A stretch of 63,836 bases of DNA, counting the filler, from Octopus bimaculoides (Eukaryota): the NCBI RefSeq assembly GCF_001194135.2. It is 8 parts of 8 records of this genome, joined end to end, with 100 filler letters (N's around TTAATTAATTAA, not from the genome) between each part and the next. Parts side by side here need not be neighbours in the genome. Positions count along the whole stretch, not along the records: positions 24,657 to 30,419 come from NC_068985.1; positions 30,520 to 39,759 come from NC_068986.1; positions 39,860 to 43,365 come from NC_068981.1; 5 more parts are not named here. One strand, given 5' to 3'. The notes under the pieces are model-generated. The model was not told the origin of the DNA. It made no database searches and saw only the letters and a list, made by a program, of their open reading frames with translations. Numbering within the stretch: the stretch's first letter is position 1; each line of letters starts with the position of its first letter. Both the position numbers and the translations under genes were made by a program. Shown here one piece after another: positions 27,004 through 39,894 of the stretch.

Positions 27004-28265
27004 GTAACAAACTAAGGTTTTTTAATAATCGTTTATGTTATATTATATTCATAGTATTATAATATATATAGATTTTTGAAATGTCAATTGTATCTCTCTA
27101 TTTAATTTATCGTTTATATATCTATCTATCTATCTATATATATATATATATATCTTCGAAACGTCTAGATAGAATAGAGACAGCTGATGAAGGGATATTC
27201 CAAGTGGCTTTCCGTTTTCCTATATGTTCGTTCCGTTGTCTGTAGTTTATTGTTCTAACGTCCTGTACCCTGATATGCATGTATATACACATGTAGATGT
27301 AAGTATGTACATATATGTGTGTATACATGTATATATATTCTTTGTATTATNNNNNNNNNNNNNNNNNNNNNNNNNNNNNNNNNNNNNNNNNNNNNNNNNN
27401 NNNNNNNNNNNNNNNNNNNNNNNNNNNNNNNNNNNNNNNNNNNNNNNNNNNNNNNNNNNNNNNNNNNNNNNNNNNNNNNNNNNNNNNNNNNNNNNNNNNN
27501 NNNNNNNNNNNNNNNNNNNNNNNNNNNNNNNNNNNNNNNNNNNNNNNNNNNNNNNNNNNNNNNNNNNNNNNNNNNNNNNNNNNNNNNNNNNNNNNNNNNN
27601 NNNNNNNNNNNNNNNNNNNNNNNNNNNNNNNNNNNNNNNNNNNNNNNNNNNNNNNNNNNNNNNNNNNNNNNNNNNNNNNNNNNNNNNNNNNNNNNNNNNN
27701 NNNNNNNNNNNNNNNNNNNNNNNNNNNNNNNNNNNNNNNNNNNNNNNNNNNNNNNNNNNNNNNNNNNNNNNNNNNNNNNNNNNNNNNNNNNNNNNNNNNN
27801 NNNNNNNNNNNNNNNNNNNNNNNNNNNNNNNNNNNNNNNNNNNNNNNNNNNNNNNNNNNNNNNNNNNNNNNNNNNNNNNNNNNNNNNNNNNNNNNNNNNN
27901 NNNNNNNNNNNNNNNNNNNNNNNNNNNNNNNNNNNNNNNNNNNNNNNNNNNNNNNNNNNNNNNNNNNNNNNNNNNNNNNNNNNNNNNNNNNNNNNNNNNN
28001 NNNNNNNNNNNNNNNNNNNNNNNNNNNNNNNNNNNNNNNNNNNNNNNNNNNNNNNNNNNNNNNNNNNNNNNNNNNNNNNNNNNNNNNNNNNNNNNNNNNN
28101 NNNNNNNNNNNNNNNNNNNNNNNNNNNNNNNNNNNNNNNNNNNNNNNNNNNNNNNNNNNNNNNNNNNNNNNNNNNNNNNNNNNNNNNNNNNNNNNNNNTA
28201 TATATATTATACATACATACATACATACATACATACATACATACATGCATACATACATACATATA

Positions 28266-28299
<34 letters not shown>

Positions 28300-28339
28300 C
28301 ACATCATGATCATACGATGATATATAGATAGTTGGAAGA

Positions 28340-28565
28340 GGTTCTTAAATGTAGCGAGCTGGAAAATTCGTTAGCATGCCGGGTAAAATGCTTTAAGCGG
28401 TATTTCTCCTGTCTTTACGTTCTGAGTTCAAATGCCACCGGGCTCGATTTGCCTTTCGTCCTTTCGGGGTCAATAAATTATGTACCAATGAAACATTAGA
28501 ATCGATGTAATCGACTGGTTCCCTCCCCCCAAAATTTCAGGCCTTGTGCCTTTAATAGAAAGGAT
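28340..28565 (+). mobile_element. SINE family B monomer
   Basis: GCGAGCTGG..CGTTAGCATGCCGGG head, GAGTTCAAAT B box, GCCTTTCGTCCTTTCGGGGTC core, CCCCCAAAATTTCAGGCCTTGTGCCT tail. Confidence 0.85.
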
Positions 28566-28637
28566 AAATATTACGTCGCAGTATAGTTACTGCTTTCATC
28601 TCATACAGGGATTTTCTAACTTGCTAACACACACACA

Positions 28638-28999
28638 CAAAATTTTTCTTGAAAATTTTAATCAAAATTTTGTTGAAATTTTTCATGAAAATTTTTGATG
28701 AAAATTTTTAATGAAAATTTTGATGAAAATTTTTGATGAAAATTTTTGATGAAAATTTTTGATGAAATTTTTGATGAAAATTTTTCATCAAAATTTTGAT
28801 GAAAGTTTTGATAAAAATTTGATAAAAATTTGATGAAAAATTTTCATCAAAAATTTCAACAAAAATTTTCATCAAAAATTTTCATCAAAATTTTCATCAA
28901 AAATTTTCATCAAAATTTTCAACAAAAATTTTCATCAAAATTTTGATAAAAAATTTCAACAAAAATTTTGATCAAAAATTTTGATCAGAATTTTTGATC
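28638..28999. repeat. Self-inverted 13-bp minisatellite: (AAAATTTTTGATG)n followed by (CATCAAAAATTTT)n
   Basis: Unit orientation flips around TGATGAAAA-A-TTTTCATCA (28831-28849, centre 28840). Confidence 0.9.
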
Positions 29000-29564
29000 A
29001 AGTTAGCATGTGTGTTTGTGTGTATGTATGTATGCATGTATTTGAAGTGTTATATACAACGACTCAGAGGCTTTCTAACAAAACAAGCAGTTTAAAATTC
29101 ATTGACGGGACTTCATTGAAATATATCATTCAACTACGGTAGTAATTGAATAATAATCTTAAGGCCGCAATTTACTCACACGCTGCATTTTTCAGAGCTT
29201 GTCGCTAAATCATTTCTTAACCAAATCGAAAACTGTTAACACTTTTGAAGAGAATTTGTCCCCAGCTACATTTTGGCATTAAAAAAATGGGATTTGATCC
29301 AGTAGAAAAGAAAGTTTACATCAAAATTTGTAGCAACGTTATGGGAGAGTAAGTGGGTCGCTGCCTTTATTTTGTCTAGCTGGTCATAGTACAGATCCGA
29401 ATTGAAGGTCTTACCTCTGGGAAGAAGCTCGTAAAAGACAAGACATTTGAGTCACACTAAATGGGAAGGATAAGCTTCCTAGGGTGAAGTTCTACTTTGG
29501 AGGTTGTCTGTTGCAGTTTGCTGTAAATTTTCCCATGATTATTTACACTCCACATTGTTATAGA

Positions 29565-30085
29565 CGAACTATTTTTCGTCTCGTGTTACCACCTCTTCAA
29601 TAATAAGAAAGTATCGTTTTTGCAACAAATCGCAGGTAGAAATCCGTTGGGCGAGATTATCTTCGTTCAGTTGATGTGACGCCCAAATATCGAGTTTACT
29701 GACATAAACTAGCTGATGCAGAAGGATTTCAACTCTCGATTTGGATATTTGGAAAATATTTGCGATCATTCTGCTCTTATAACGGGGTTGGTGTTGCCGT
29801 TAATCTCAATTTTCTGGTCAGAGCTAGGTGCATCACGAATCGCAAAATTTCCTCATGGGATTCTTGAAAAGCATTTCTGGCACACAGGTACCGTAGCGCC
29901 ATCCTCATAGCACATTCTTGCTGCGAGTTTCCGATATTTCTTGGCCTTTTTAAAAGGAAAAAATTCACGAGGAGTCGATAATATTCGTTTGGTTCTTCAT
30001 TTTTTGGGTGATGCCAAGGACATAAAATACAACCTTTCCGTTGGAAGTTCGCATCAAACTATGTTGATGTTTGAAGTAACTAGTG
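29565..30085 (-). mobile_element. Mariner transposase relic, 5' UTR and N-terminal half
   Basis: ATG at 30000-29998. Pieces read FKKAKK..CYEDGATVPVCQKCF..IRDAPSS and IANIFQISKSRVEILLHQLVYVSKLDIWASHQL..RISTCDLL..VVTRDEK, matching the mariner HTH, WVPHEL and TGDEKW motifs. Disrupted. Confidence 0.85.
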
Positions 30086-30519
30086 GGTATGCATGCTTAT
30101 GGACAGAGAGAAGAGGGAGAGAGAGGGGAGTGAAAGAAAGAGAGAGGTCATAAGAATTTATAAACGTTCAAGAGAACGTGAAATACTTATTGTTTGAAAA
30201 GTGGATCTCGAAGCACACTTAAAGCGATACATAATAGCATGTATGTAAATGCTTACATACATACATACATACATACACATATATGCATTGTATGTATATA
30301 TGTGTCTATGTTCGTATGTATGTATACATTTGTTTGTATGTGTGTACATATATATATGTATCTATGAATGTGTGTATATATTTATATGTGTATATACATA
30401 CATATGCATACATACGTACNNNNNNNNNNNNNNNNNNNNNNNNNNNNNNNNNNNNNNNNNNNNTTAATTAATTAANNNNNNNNNNNNNNNNNNNNNNNNN
30501 NNNNNNNNNNNNNNNNNNN

Positions 30520-30558
<39 letters not shown>

Positions 30559-31079
30559 CTATCAAGGGATTACCAGACAGTACACAACAAAGAGAAAAAG
30601 TTAGACGAAAGCAGAGCAAACGGAAAACTAGAGGAAAACTTAACGGACGATATATATATGCATGCATACTTTTATATCCTAGTTTTGGGATATATTATTT
30701 AACGAAGCGGGCGGGAAAAGAAATGTATTCACATGATGTGCAACGACTACCTCTACATGAGATTCCAAACGCTATCGGGGCTCGCAACGATACATGGCAC
30801 TCTTTTCTTAGAGTTCCATGAGTCCATTTTTCCCATTTTCAGGGACGTTACTACTATATCCAGTTGAAGAACTTCCGAGGTACATTCTTGTACTTATTTT
30901 ATCCATACTAAAACGTTAACTGATTCATATTTTAAATTTGGTAATATCATTTTCCTTTCATAGCATTGAGGTAGAAGATTTCTTGAATATCTGATAATGG
31001 AGTGCGAGTCTTTAACCTTTATATCTTCAGCCTCTCGATTCCACTGCTAGATGTGTCTTAAAAGTGATATTAGATTCAA

Positions 31080-31262
31080 ATTTTGGTACAAAGCCTTCAA
31101 GTTCGAGGGATAGGATTATGTCGATTACATCGACCTCACCATTCAATTGGTACTTATTTTATCGAAGCCGAAACGATGAAAGACGAAGTCGATCTCGGTA
31201 GAATTTGAACTCAGAAAGTATAGACGTACGAAATGCCGCTGAGCATTTTGTCCGGCATACTA
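31080..31262 (-). mobile_element. SINE family B monomer
   Basis: Reverse complement of the family B core and tail. Confidence 0.8.
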
Positions 31263-32695
31263 AAAGTTTTATCTGCTTGCTGCTTTTCTCCTTAAAGTAA
31301 TATTGCTGTCGAATCAGTGAGACACAGCTGGGCCACTCGATAACTAGCACAGTCCATCCGACGGAGTCATTGGTTTGTTACAGTTTCTGACAACCTAGTT
31401 TCACTTACAACGCAAGAGTCACCCTGAGTTTATAACAAAGACACTTTCCCAAGTTCTCCACGAACCAGGATTGAACTCGGGACTGCATCGGCGTGGAACG
31501 AACTGTTTTTAACCATTCAGCAGTGTGTGCATTCACAAAAGTATGAAACGTTTTGGTGGTTGGTTGAAATCTTAGTTGACTATTGCCAGTGTGAAATCCT
31601 GGACGGTCAGTTTCGTTTCTCTTTTCCATTGAAATTCGTTTGGTGAGTCAAGGTTGTTTTGACTACCATCATGTCAGTTTTAACCAAAAACAATCTTTAC
31701 TCAAACACATTCTATCCGTGATAATCCCTGTTATATTAAGACATAGTGTATACAAAACTGTTTTGTTTTTCCAGTATAGGACATGGAGTATGTATATAAC
31801 ATTATATTATCAAATATATGACACAGTATATGTAAGACTATATTATCCAATGTAACCTTAGATTTTTAACACAATAAGCTATATTATATGAGGGAAATTT
31901 TGGTTGCTATGTCTACGACATTGCGCGACCACGACATGACTCCCTCATTTGGTTCGGTGGTGGGGTGATCGGATCTGGAAGTTGAATGAGAAACACACTG
32001 ATTGATCTTTCATTTACGACTAGGATAAGAATCTAATTGGCTACGGTTTAGTTTGTGAGTTCCACGTGAATCTCGTTGTATAAAATTTGGATATATAGCA
32101 AAGTACATGTGGGGATAGGGGCGGTGGAGAATTTTTAGCGGTTTTAAAATCTGATTGAGTGATATCTTGAGAGAGATTTGGTGTCTTGAGTGAGCTCTGG
32201 CTGTTTAATGACAACTTATCGGCTGGAAGGACATCTGGTTAACTGGGTAAGTGAGATCTAATTAGTTGAAGGAGATCTAGGCTAGGCAGTTTGAAATATA
32301 GTTAATTGGATGCTATCTCGAATATAACAAAATAATAATGAATTTTAGAATAAAAACAAAACAACATAAACACTTAAACAATCTATTATCGCATTCGTTT
32401 AAGACTAAATTCACTTGGATTCGAATCGTTAAAATAATTACGACACTCTTGAGAGAGGGATAGGAAGAGGCGGGAAGAATGAGAAGAGTTAGAGGAAGAG
32501 GGGTAAGAAATTGAAGAGACGACATATTAACGACAAGTCAATAACGACAACGATGAAGAAGAGAGAAGCAGAAATAGTTTCCAGAGATGAAAAATATACA
32601 AAATAATAAATAGATAGAAGAAAAAAAGACAGGCAGATAAACAGTTACGTAGGTTGGTAGTTAGCTAGCTAACTAGCTAACTAGATAGATAGATT

Positions 32696-32750
<55 letters not shown>

Positions 32751-35087
32751 GGAGTGAGGTTGAGAGAGACAGACAGAGTGAGAGAAAGAGATCGTGGCGA
32801 CAGACTAAATAAAAATATAACTGAAAGAGAAAGTGAAACAATAAAAGAGAAAGTGAAACAAGAGAGAAAGTGTGAGAGAGAAGAACTGAGAAAAAGAACA
32901 TAGAAAGTAGTTTTCTAAAACAAACTAGTGACAAATTGCTGTTTATGACTTATTTTATTTGTTGTTAGTGTTGTTTAATACTAATCTTTGTTCTTTGCTG
33001 TGATAAAATATTCGAAATGAATGGCTATTATTGCTCGGAATGCCATACATATTTATTTCTTTTGACTCGTCACTATGCCAATTTTTACAGGTTTCCTGAT
33101 AATATTGTCTATTAAACTGATTTGATTCTGTACTGAATATAGCGAGTTTTAGATTTGGCAAGAGAAACATTGGCTGAGCTGGAGAAAACAGAAGCTTCCA
33201 TCTTCAAATTGTATAACCATGCGATACGCAATATGAAGATGGAAGTTTCAAAACTAGTAAAACACATCTCTCTTAAGAGCTACGCAATCCTACACGCTAA
33301 TGAAATACTTGTCAAGATTTATATTGGTAGAAGCATTAGTGCGTCGGAGAAAATTTGTAGTATTTATTCTTGTTCGTTACGAGCTGAGTTTAACTCCCCA
33401 ACTCTCAAAGTCAACTTCTGGCGTCGATACAATAAAATATTCACCTGTTAAAAACTGGATTGATAAAATAAAATAAACAACTGTGAATTCACGGGTCGAT
33501 ATAATTGAGTATTCATACTTTTCTAAATTTGAGGACGTGTGTCTATATTAGAAAACAATATTATAAGGAAAGCAAGTTGATGTCAACTCTCCTTTTTCTC
33601 CCTTTGAGGTTGAAGTTGTGTATCACTCACTGAATGTACTGGGATCGATTTAATTGACTATACCCTCCTCCAAATCGTGTAGCTCCTGTGCAAATGCAAG
33701 AAATCATTGTTAAAGGGTGTTAAATCGTAATGCGATTCTGGGTTGATAGGACTGTTTTCGAAATATCATAGTGTTTTTGATAGGAAACGAAATACCAACA
33801 TGGTGTGATGTCCTATACCATCCTGTCTACTCACATACCTGTTACCTAGCGGTGGAGCATCTATGCAGTTGCTCGACCAATTGGATATATTGACCAAATC
33901 TATCTGAAATAACAGTGTACTCTACTCTGTTGACTTTTCTGTTACATGACTCAGAAGAGGAACGATAGTGTTCGTTTCCTTTTTCAGAGATTCCATGTCA
34001 AGTACGAATAATTGAGTGGAGTCTGCTAAATGCGTCCAAGGTTTAGATGACTCAAAATAGGAAGTACACATTGAATAATAGAGTATTTGATACAATATGT
34101 TTGAAGAAAACAAGACGTCGTGGTCACGCTTGAGACTCCTTAGCTTCGAAGTCTGTTCAATGAGGACTAACCTGGGCCTAAACTATAACTTACGCGCTTA
34201 GAAAGTTTTAACTGCTATCGCCTGAAGTATGCGGGTTTAAACTAAATTTCTTTAAATTTTAATGAAGAATGTACAGGAAACCTTGAAATTTGTACCTTTC
34301 CGATGGCTATGAACGATATTTATGAAATAAAATGATTGTTTGAAGAGATAATCAAGCAATTTAGAGCAAAGAGACATTGCAGTCTCGTGGAGAAAGTTTT
34401 GCATATTATTGGTACTAGTTTAGTCGATCGCAGGAAGAAGATATTCAAAATCACTTTCACTTGAAGAATTTGAACTAAGATCGTAAAGAAACATAACCAA
34501 TATATAATGTATTTGGTCTGCTAAGTACATAAGATTTCTGCTATTCACATTGCTTTCATATTATGTTTTAAATACGGGCAGTTTACAGCATCAGCAGTGA
34601 GGATTTCTTTTGCGATCGTTAAAATGTATTACTTTCATAAATCATAATGGGCTCAAAGGTAAATACATGAGAGCGACATCTAATCCTGGAAATGATTCTG
34701 CTCTCGTAGAAACAACAATTTCCGATTAGTTTAGCATCCCTGTGTATTTATTTATGACATTTTAGTTTTCAGAAACGCGTTACATTTACAAATGCAGGAC
34801 CTCTGTTACCAACGTGATCTGTATAGTTGGCGATCACGAAAAAGATGATCAGTGACGAACATCCAGAGGACTGAAGTTTTATGGAGGAAAGAATGAGTGA
34901 AGTGTAAGTATGCGGTCTGGGATGATCTCATGAGAGAAAGTAATGTGTGATCAGTGAGTTCCGAGGAAACCAAAACTGAGGAGGCAGCAGGCTTATAAGA
35001 TACTCAGGGTTATGTGAATTACTCCTAGTCGGAAAATAACACCTGAAATTTTAGTTTTTGCCTTGCAGTAAATCAGCGCTGATCGAG

Positions 35088-35515
35088 CCAAATTATTGGT
35101 TCCACATTTGGGCACAAGGCTTGCAATTTTGAGGGAGGAGTAATCGATTACATCGACCCCAGTGTTCAACTGGTACATATTTTATTGTCCCCGAAAGGAT
35201 GAATTGCAAAGTCGACCATGGCGGAATTTGAACTCAACGCAAGGACGGACGAAATGCCGCTAGGAATTTTGCCCGGTGTGCTTACGATTCTTATTTCTTT
35301 ATTGCCCACAAGGGGCTAAACATAGAGGGGACAAACAAAAGAATTAAGTCGATTACATCGACCCCAATGCGTAACTGGTACTTTGTTTATCGACCCCGAA
35401 AGGATGAAAGGCAAAGTCGACCTCGGCGGAATTTGAACTCAGAACGTAACGGCAGACGAAATACTGGTGAGCATTTCGCCCGGCGTTCTAACGTTTCTGC
35501 CAGCTCGCTGCCTTA
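35088..35515 (-). mobile_element. SINE family B head-to-tail dimer (monomer with tail type 1, then monomer with tail type 2)
   Basis: Head at 35515, tail 1 (GCCCCTTGTGGGCAATAAAGAAAT) near 35292, second monomer, tail 2 (GCCTTGTGCCCAAATGTGG) near 35090. Confidence 0.85.
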
Positions 35516-36162
35516 TCGAGTTAAATTATTATGTATAAAATAAAACACACTTACCGTGGCCATCCCGGCTTTCTTTCAGGATTAATATAACTAGGATCAC
35601 TCTATCCAATGAACGCGTTTTTTAATGACAGCAATACATAATTTAATAGAAGTCTGAGAGATACTTTTTAGGAGGACGAACGATAACGTAGAGGTGTCCT
35701 CATTCAATCGGCATCAAAATGTAAAATAAAATTAAGAGTTACAATTTTAGTGTTAATTACGCAGATGAACAATTAATTGCTGTCAATGGTCAAACATTTT
35801 TTCAAATGACTTACTAATTAATGATATTTCATTTGGAAAAATCTTTCGGTCTTTTGAATTCCAGTTTTGGTATGCTTTCTAGTTTCTCTATACGAATATA
35901 TAAAATCTTTAATTCAATTAAAACCGACTACTCCTTTCAAGGTCAATCTCACGTGAGAGACAGCGACGATTCTTTCTCTTTATCTCTCTTGTTAATTATA
36001 AGAATCAATGTAATTGTCGAAGCTACTTAACATCAACGGCTGCTGCTGCCGCTGCTGCCTTTGCTCCTGCCATTGCTGCTGATTAATGACTTCTCGCTTA
36101 ATCTATAAAATGCGCTTCACACATATCTGAATCTCAATTCTCTCAATTCCTGTATGGATGCT

Positions 36163-37069
36163 AAGGCGGCGTGATGGTAGAAACGTTAGCACGCCGGGCG
36201 AAATGCTTAGCGGTATTTCGTCTGCCGTTACGCTCTGAGTTCAAATTCCGCCGAGGTCGACTTTGTCTTTCATTTTTTCGGAGTCGATTAAATAAGTACC
36301 AGTTACGCACTGGGTCGGTAAAATCGACTTAATTCGTTTGTCTGCCCTTGTTTGTCCCCTCTCTGTATAGCCCCTTGTGGTCAGTAAAGAAATAAGAAGC
36401 GTTAGCACGCCGGGCGAAATGCTTAGCGGTATTTCGTCTGCCGCTANNNNNNNNNNCGTTAGCACGCCGGGCGAAATGCTTAGCGGTATTTCGTCTGCCG
36501 TTACGCTCTGAGTTCAAATTCCGCCGAGGTCGACTTTGTCTTTCATTTTTTCGGAGTCGATTAAATAAGTACCAGTTACGCACTGGGGTCGATATAATCG
36601 ACTTAATCCGTTTGTCTGTCCTTGTTTGTCCTCTCTGTGTGTAGCCCCTTGTGGGTAGTAAAGAAATAGGTATTTCGTCTGCCGCTACGTTCTGAGTTCA
36701 AATTTCGCCGAAGACGATTTTTGCCTTTCATCCTTTCGGCGACGATATATTAAATATCAGTTGCGTACTGGGATCGATCTAATCGACTGGCCCCTCCCCC
36801 AAAATTTCGGGCCTTGTACCTAGAGTAGAAAAGAATTCCTGTTTGGATGCTAAGGCGGCGTGCTAGCAGAAACGTTAGCACGCCGGTCGAAATGCTTTGC
36901 GGTATTTCGTCTGTCTTTCCTTACGCTCTGAGTTCAAATTCAGCCGAGATCGACTTTGCCTTTCATCCTTTCAGGGTCGATAAAATAGGTACCAGCTATG
37001 CACTGCTGTCGATTTAATCGACTGGCTCCTTCCCCCAAAATTTCGTGCTTTTTGCCTAGAGTAGAAAAG
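36163..37069 (+). mobile_element. Tandem stack of SINE family B units
   Basis: Repeated CGTTAGCACGCCGG heads, GAGTTCAAAT B boxes and GTCGACTTTG..TTTCAT cores. Units are bounded by AATTCCTGTATGGATGCT-like sequences at 36145, 36834 and 37070. Confidence 0.9.
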
Positions 37070-37166
37070 AATCCTTGTATGGATGCTGCAACATCCATTC
37101 ATATATGGACAAATTGCACACGCACACATTTAATACCTTATAGTATACAATATAATACGCTCACAT

Positions 37167-37204
<38 letters not shown>

Positions 37205-37480
37205 ACATACATACATATATCACCAAACAAACCCCACCCCGCCTTACGCACACATATCATTTACGAGTGAATATAGATCGTGTGAAATGATATTACTACT
37301 CAACAATTTACTTTGTACTTTAGAAGCAATTAGTATTAATAGCAACATGAACTACGTCCATCCACCCGCTACATGTAGCAAATTAAATGAAGCAAAATGT
37401 TAAATGTTATTTACCATTTTATATACTATCTTATATTCATACTGACGTTAAAAAGTAAATCCAAATAGGATACATACAAA

Positions 37481-37517
<37 letters not shown>

Positions 37518-37959
37518 NNNNNNNNNNNNNNNNNNNNNNNNNNNNNNNNNNNNNNNNNNNNNNNNNNNNNNNNNNNNNNNNNNNNNNNNNNNNNNNNNNN
37601 NNNNNNNNNNNNNNNNNNNNNNNNNNNNNNNNNNNNNNNNNNNNNNNNNNNNNNNNNNNNNNNNNNNNNNNNNNNNNNNNNNNNNNNNNNNNNNNNNNNN
37701 NNNNNNNNNNNNNNNNNNNNNNNNNNNNACATACGTATACGTACATACTTACATGTTTACGTATATACATATGCATATGTGGGCACAGGACGTCACAAAA
37801 CATAAACAAAAAATAATACGAAGAACGAGGACATGGAATAAGGGCTTTTATGCAAGTAACCTCCCCTTCTCCGTCTCTTTTTTTTCTCTTATCCTGTTTC
37901 CAAATATTTTCCTCTACCCTGCACAGTTCTCTGTCTGTCACTCTCTCTTCCTCACTCTT

Positions 37960-38960
37960 CCTTCTTTGCTCACGTGGCGCCCACGTGACCACCGGAGATT
38001 CAAGCTGGCGACAAAAACAGGACATTTAAAACAAGTAGGAAGGGCTGCAAGGCCTAAACGAGGTTGTGGTGGCGAACGCGAAGAAACAAGACTGGACAGG
38101 AGACAGAGAACTATACGTCTTCTCTGGCGAGCTGAAACAGGAAGAAAGACAGAAACACAAGTTAGAAGAAAATGGAGAGAAGTTCAAGCATGTTGATCAT
38201 ACCATGAATCTGAGAAGTCATCGGCCGTCTAATGCTAACACTAGGGATTAAATCATGTACAAAATCGGTAGTACTGAAGCTAAGAGAAATCCTAGAAAGA
38301 AAACAAAACAAAAAGAAGCACGTAATCCACAAAGCTCGTACCGTATCATCGCTGCTTGCGGATGGTCTCCTTGTCAAAGTGAAACTCTTCAATCTAATGT
38401 TGCACAATATATCGCTGATGACTATCATCGATACCTCAGTGAACTCAGTGAAGCTAAAGTAACCAGTATAGGATTTAATAATCAGAAGGAAATCAATTCA
38501 GCTCGGCAAGTCGCGTCGTACAAATATTTCATAAACGGCTTCCAAGAAAACAAGAGTTTTCTTGGAAAACAATGACTTGGAAAACAATAACTTAACGAAA
38601 GAGCAGAATGAAAAGAAGAGCATGAGAAACGCTTCAAGGATGTGGTGAAGCAGAAATGTGAGTTCTATTACTATAATAGAAAAAATTTGGTAGCATTGAT
38701 TCCAAAATGTTAACGTTGAACCGAACAATTTCAAACAGGGAATACTGAACCGGTCGAAGAAGAAAGAAGAGGCAGGAAAGAACTTAACAGTCAACCAAGA
38801 CATCCAGAAAATTAGAAACCCCAAACATTGACTCTTTATGGAAACATCTGAGTATCAAACCTTCAATTATTCAAACGATACAAAATTCTTAGCTAGGCAA
38901 CGGTAATGATGATCGTCGGAAATGAAGAATGACAAGGACTTAGTCGGCTTGGCTCAATTT
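37960..38960 (+). mobile_element. Coding-like degenerate segment, possibly the 5' part of an LTR retrotransposon
   Basis: PBS-like TGGCGCCC (37975) and TGGCGAC (38006), followed by overlapping 60-150 aa ORFs with complex sequence. No domain recognised with certainty. Confidence 0.3.
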
Positions 38961-39000
38961 ATCTAAGAATATTAACTGTTGCTCGTTATGACTAATGTTA

Positions 39001-39358
<358 letters not shown>

Positions 39359-39519
39359 GTTTTACAAGCCTTGCACTTTCCCATTTCTTCACTTGTTCCC
39401 TCTCACGCTTCCGTGTCAGGCTCTTTATCACCGTATATGAATGCATGTATATAATATGTATATATATATATATATATGTATCACTGCATGTATGTATATA
39501 TGTATATGTATATATATGC

Positions 39520-39554
<35 letters not shown>

Positions 39555-39703
39555 CATACGGATAGATATTTAGATAGGTAGACATAGAGAGAGAGAGAGA
39601 TTTACATAGAAAGAGATATTTGATTGATAGATATGTTTATTATACATATGTATGCCCTGATTGGTTTCTTTATATGTGTGTGTATGTGTGTGTGCGTGTA
39701 TGC

Positions 39704-39759
<56 letters not shown>

Positions 39760-39859
39760 NNNNNNNNNNNNNNNNNNNNNNNNNNNNNNNNNNNNNNNNN
39801 NNNTTAATTAATTAANNNNNNNNNNNNNNNNNNNNNNNNNNNNNNNNNNNNNNNNNNNN

Positions 39860-39894
<35 letters not shown>

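Noticed and set aside
36404-36600. Extra SINE head duplicated across a 10-N gap, sharing rare variants with 36180-36310
   Set aside because: Probably an assembly or haplotype artefact at the gap. Not counted as an independent insertion.
35088-37087. Repeat-spacer appearance suggestive of a CRISPR array
   Set aside because: Units are 200+ bp SINE monomers in a eukaryotic context, with no unique spacers and no cas genes.
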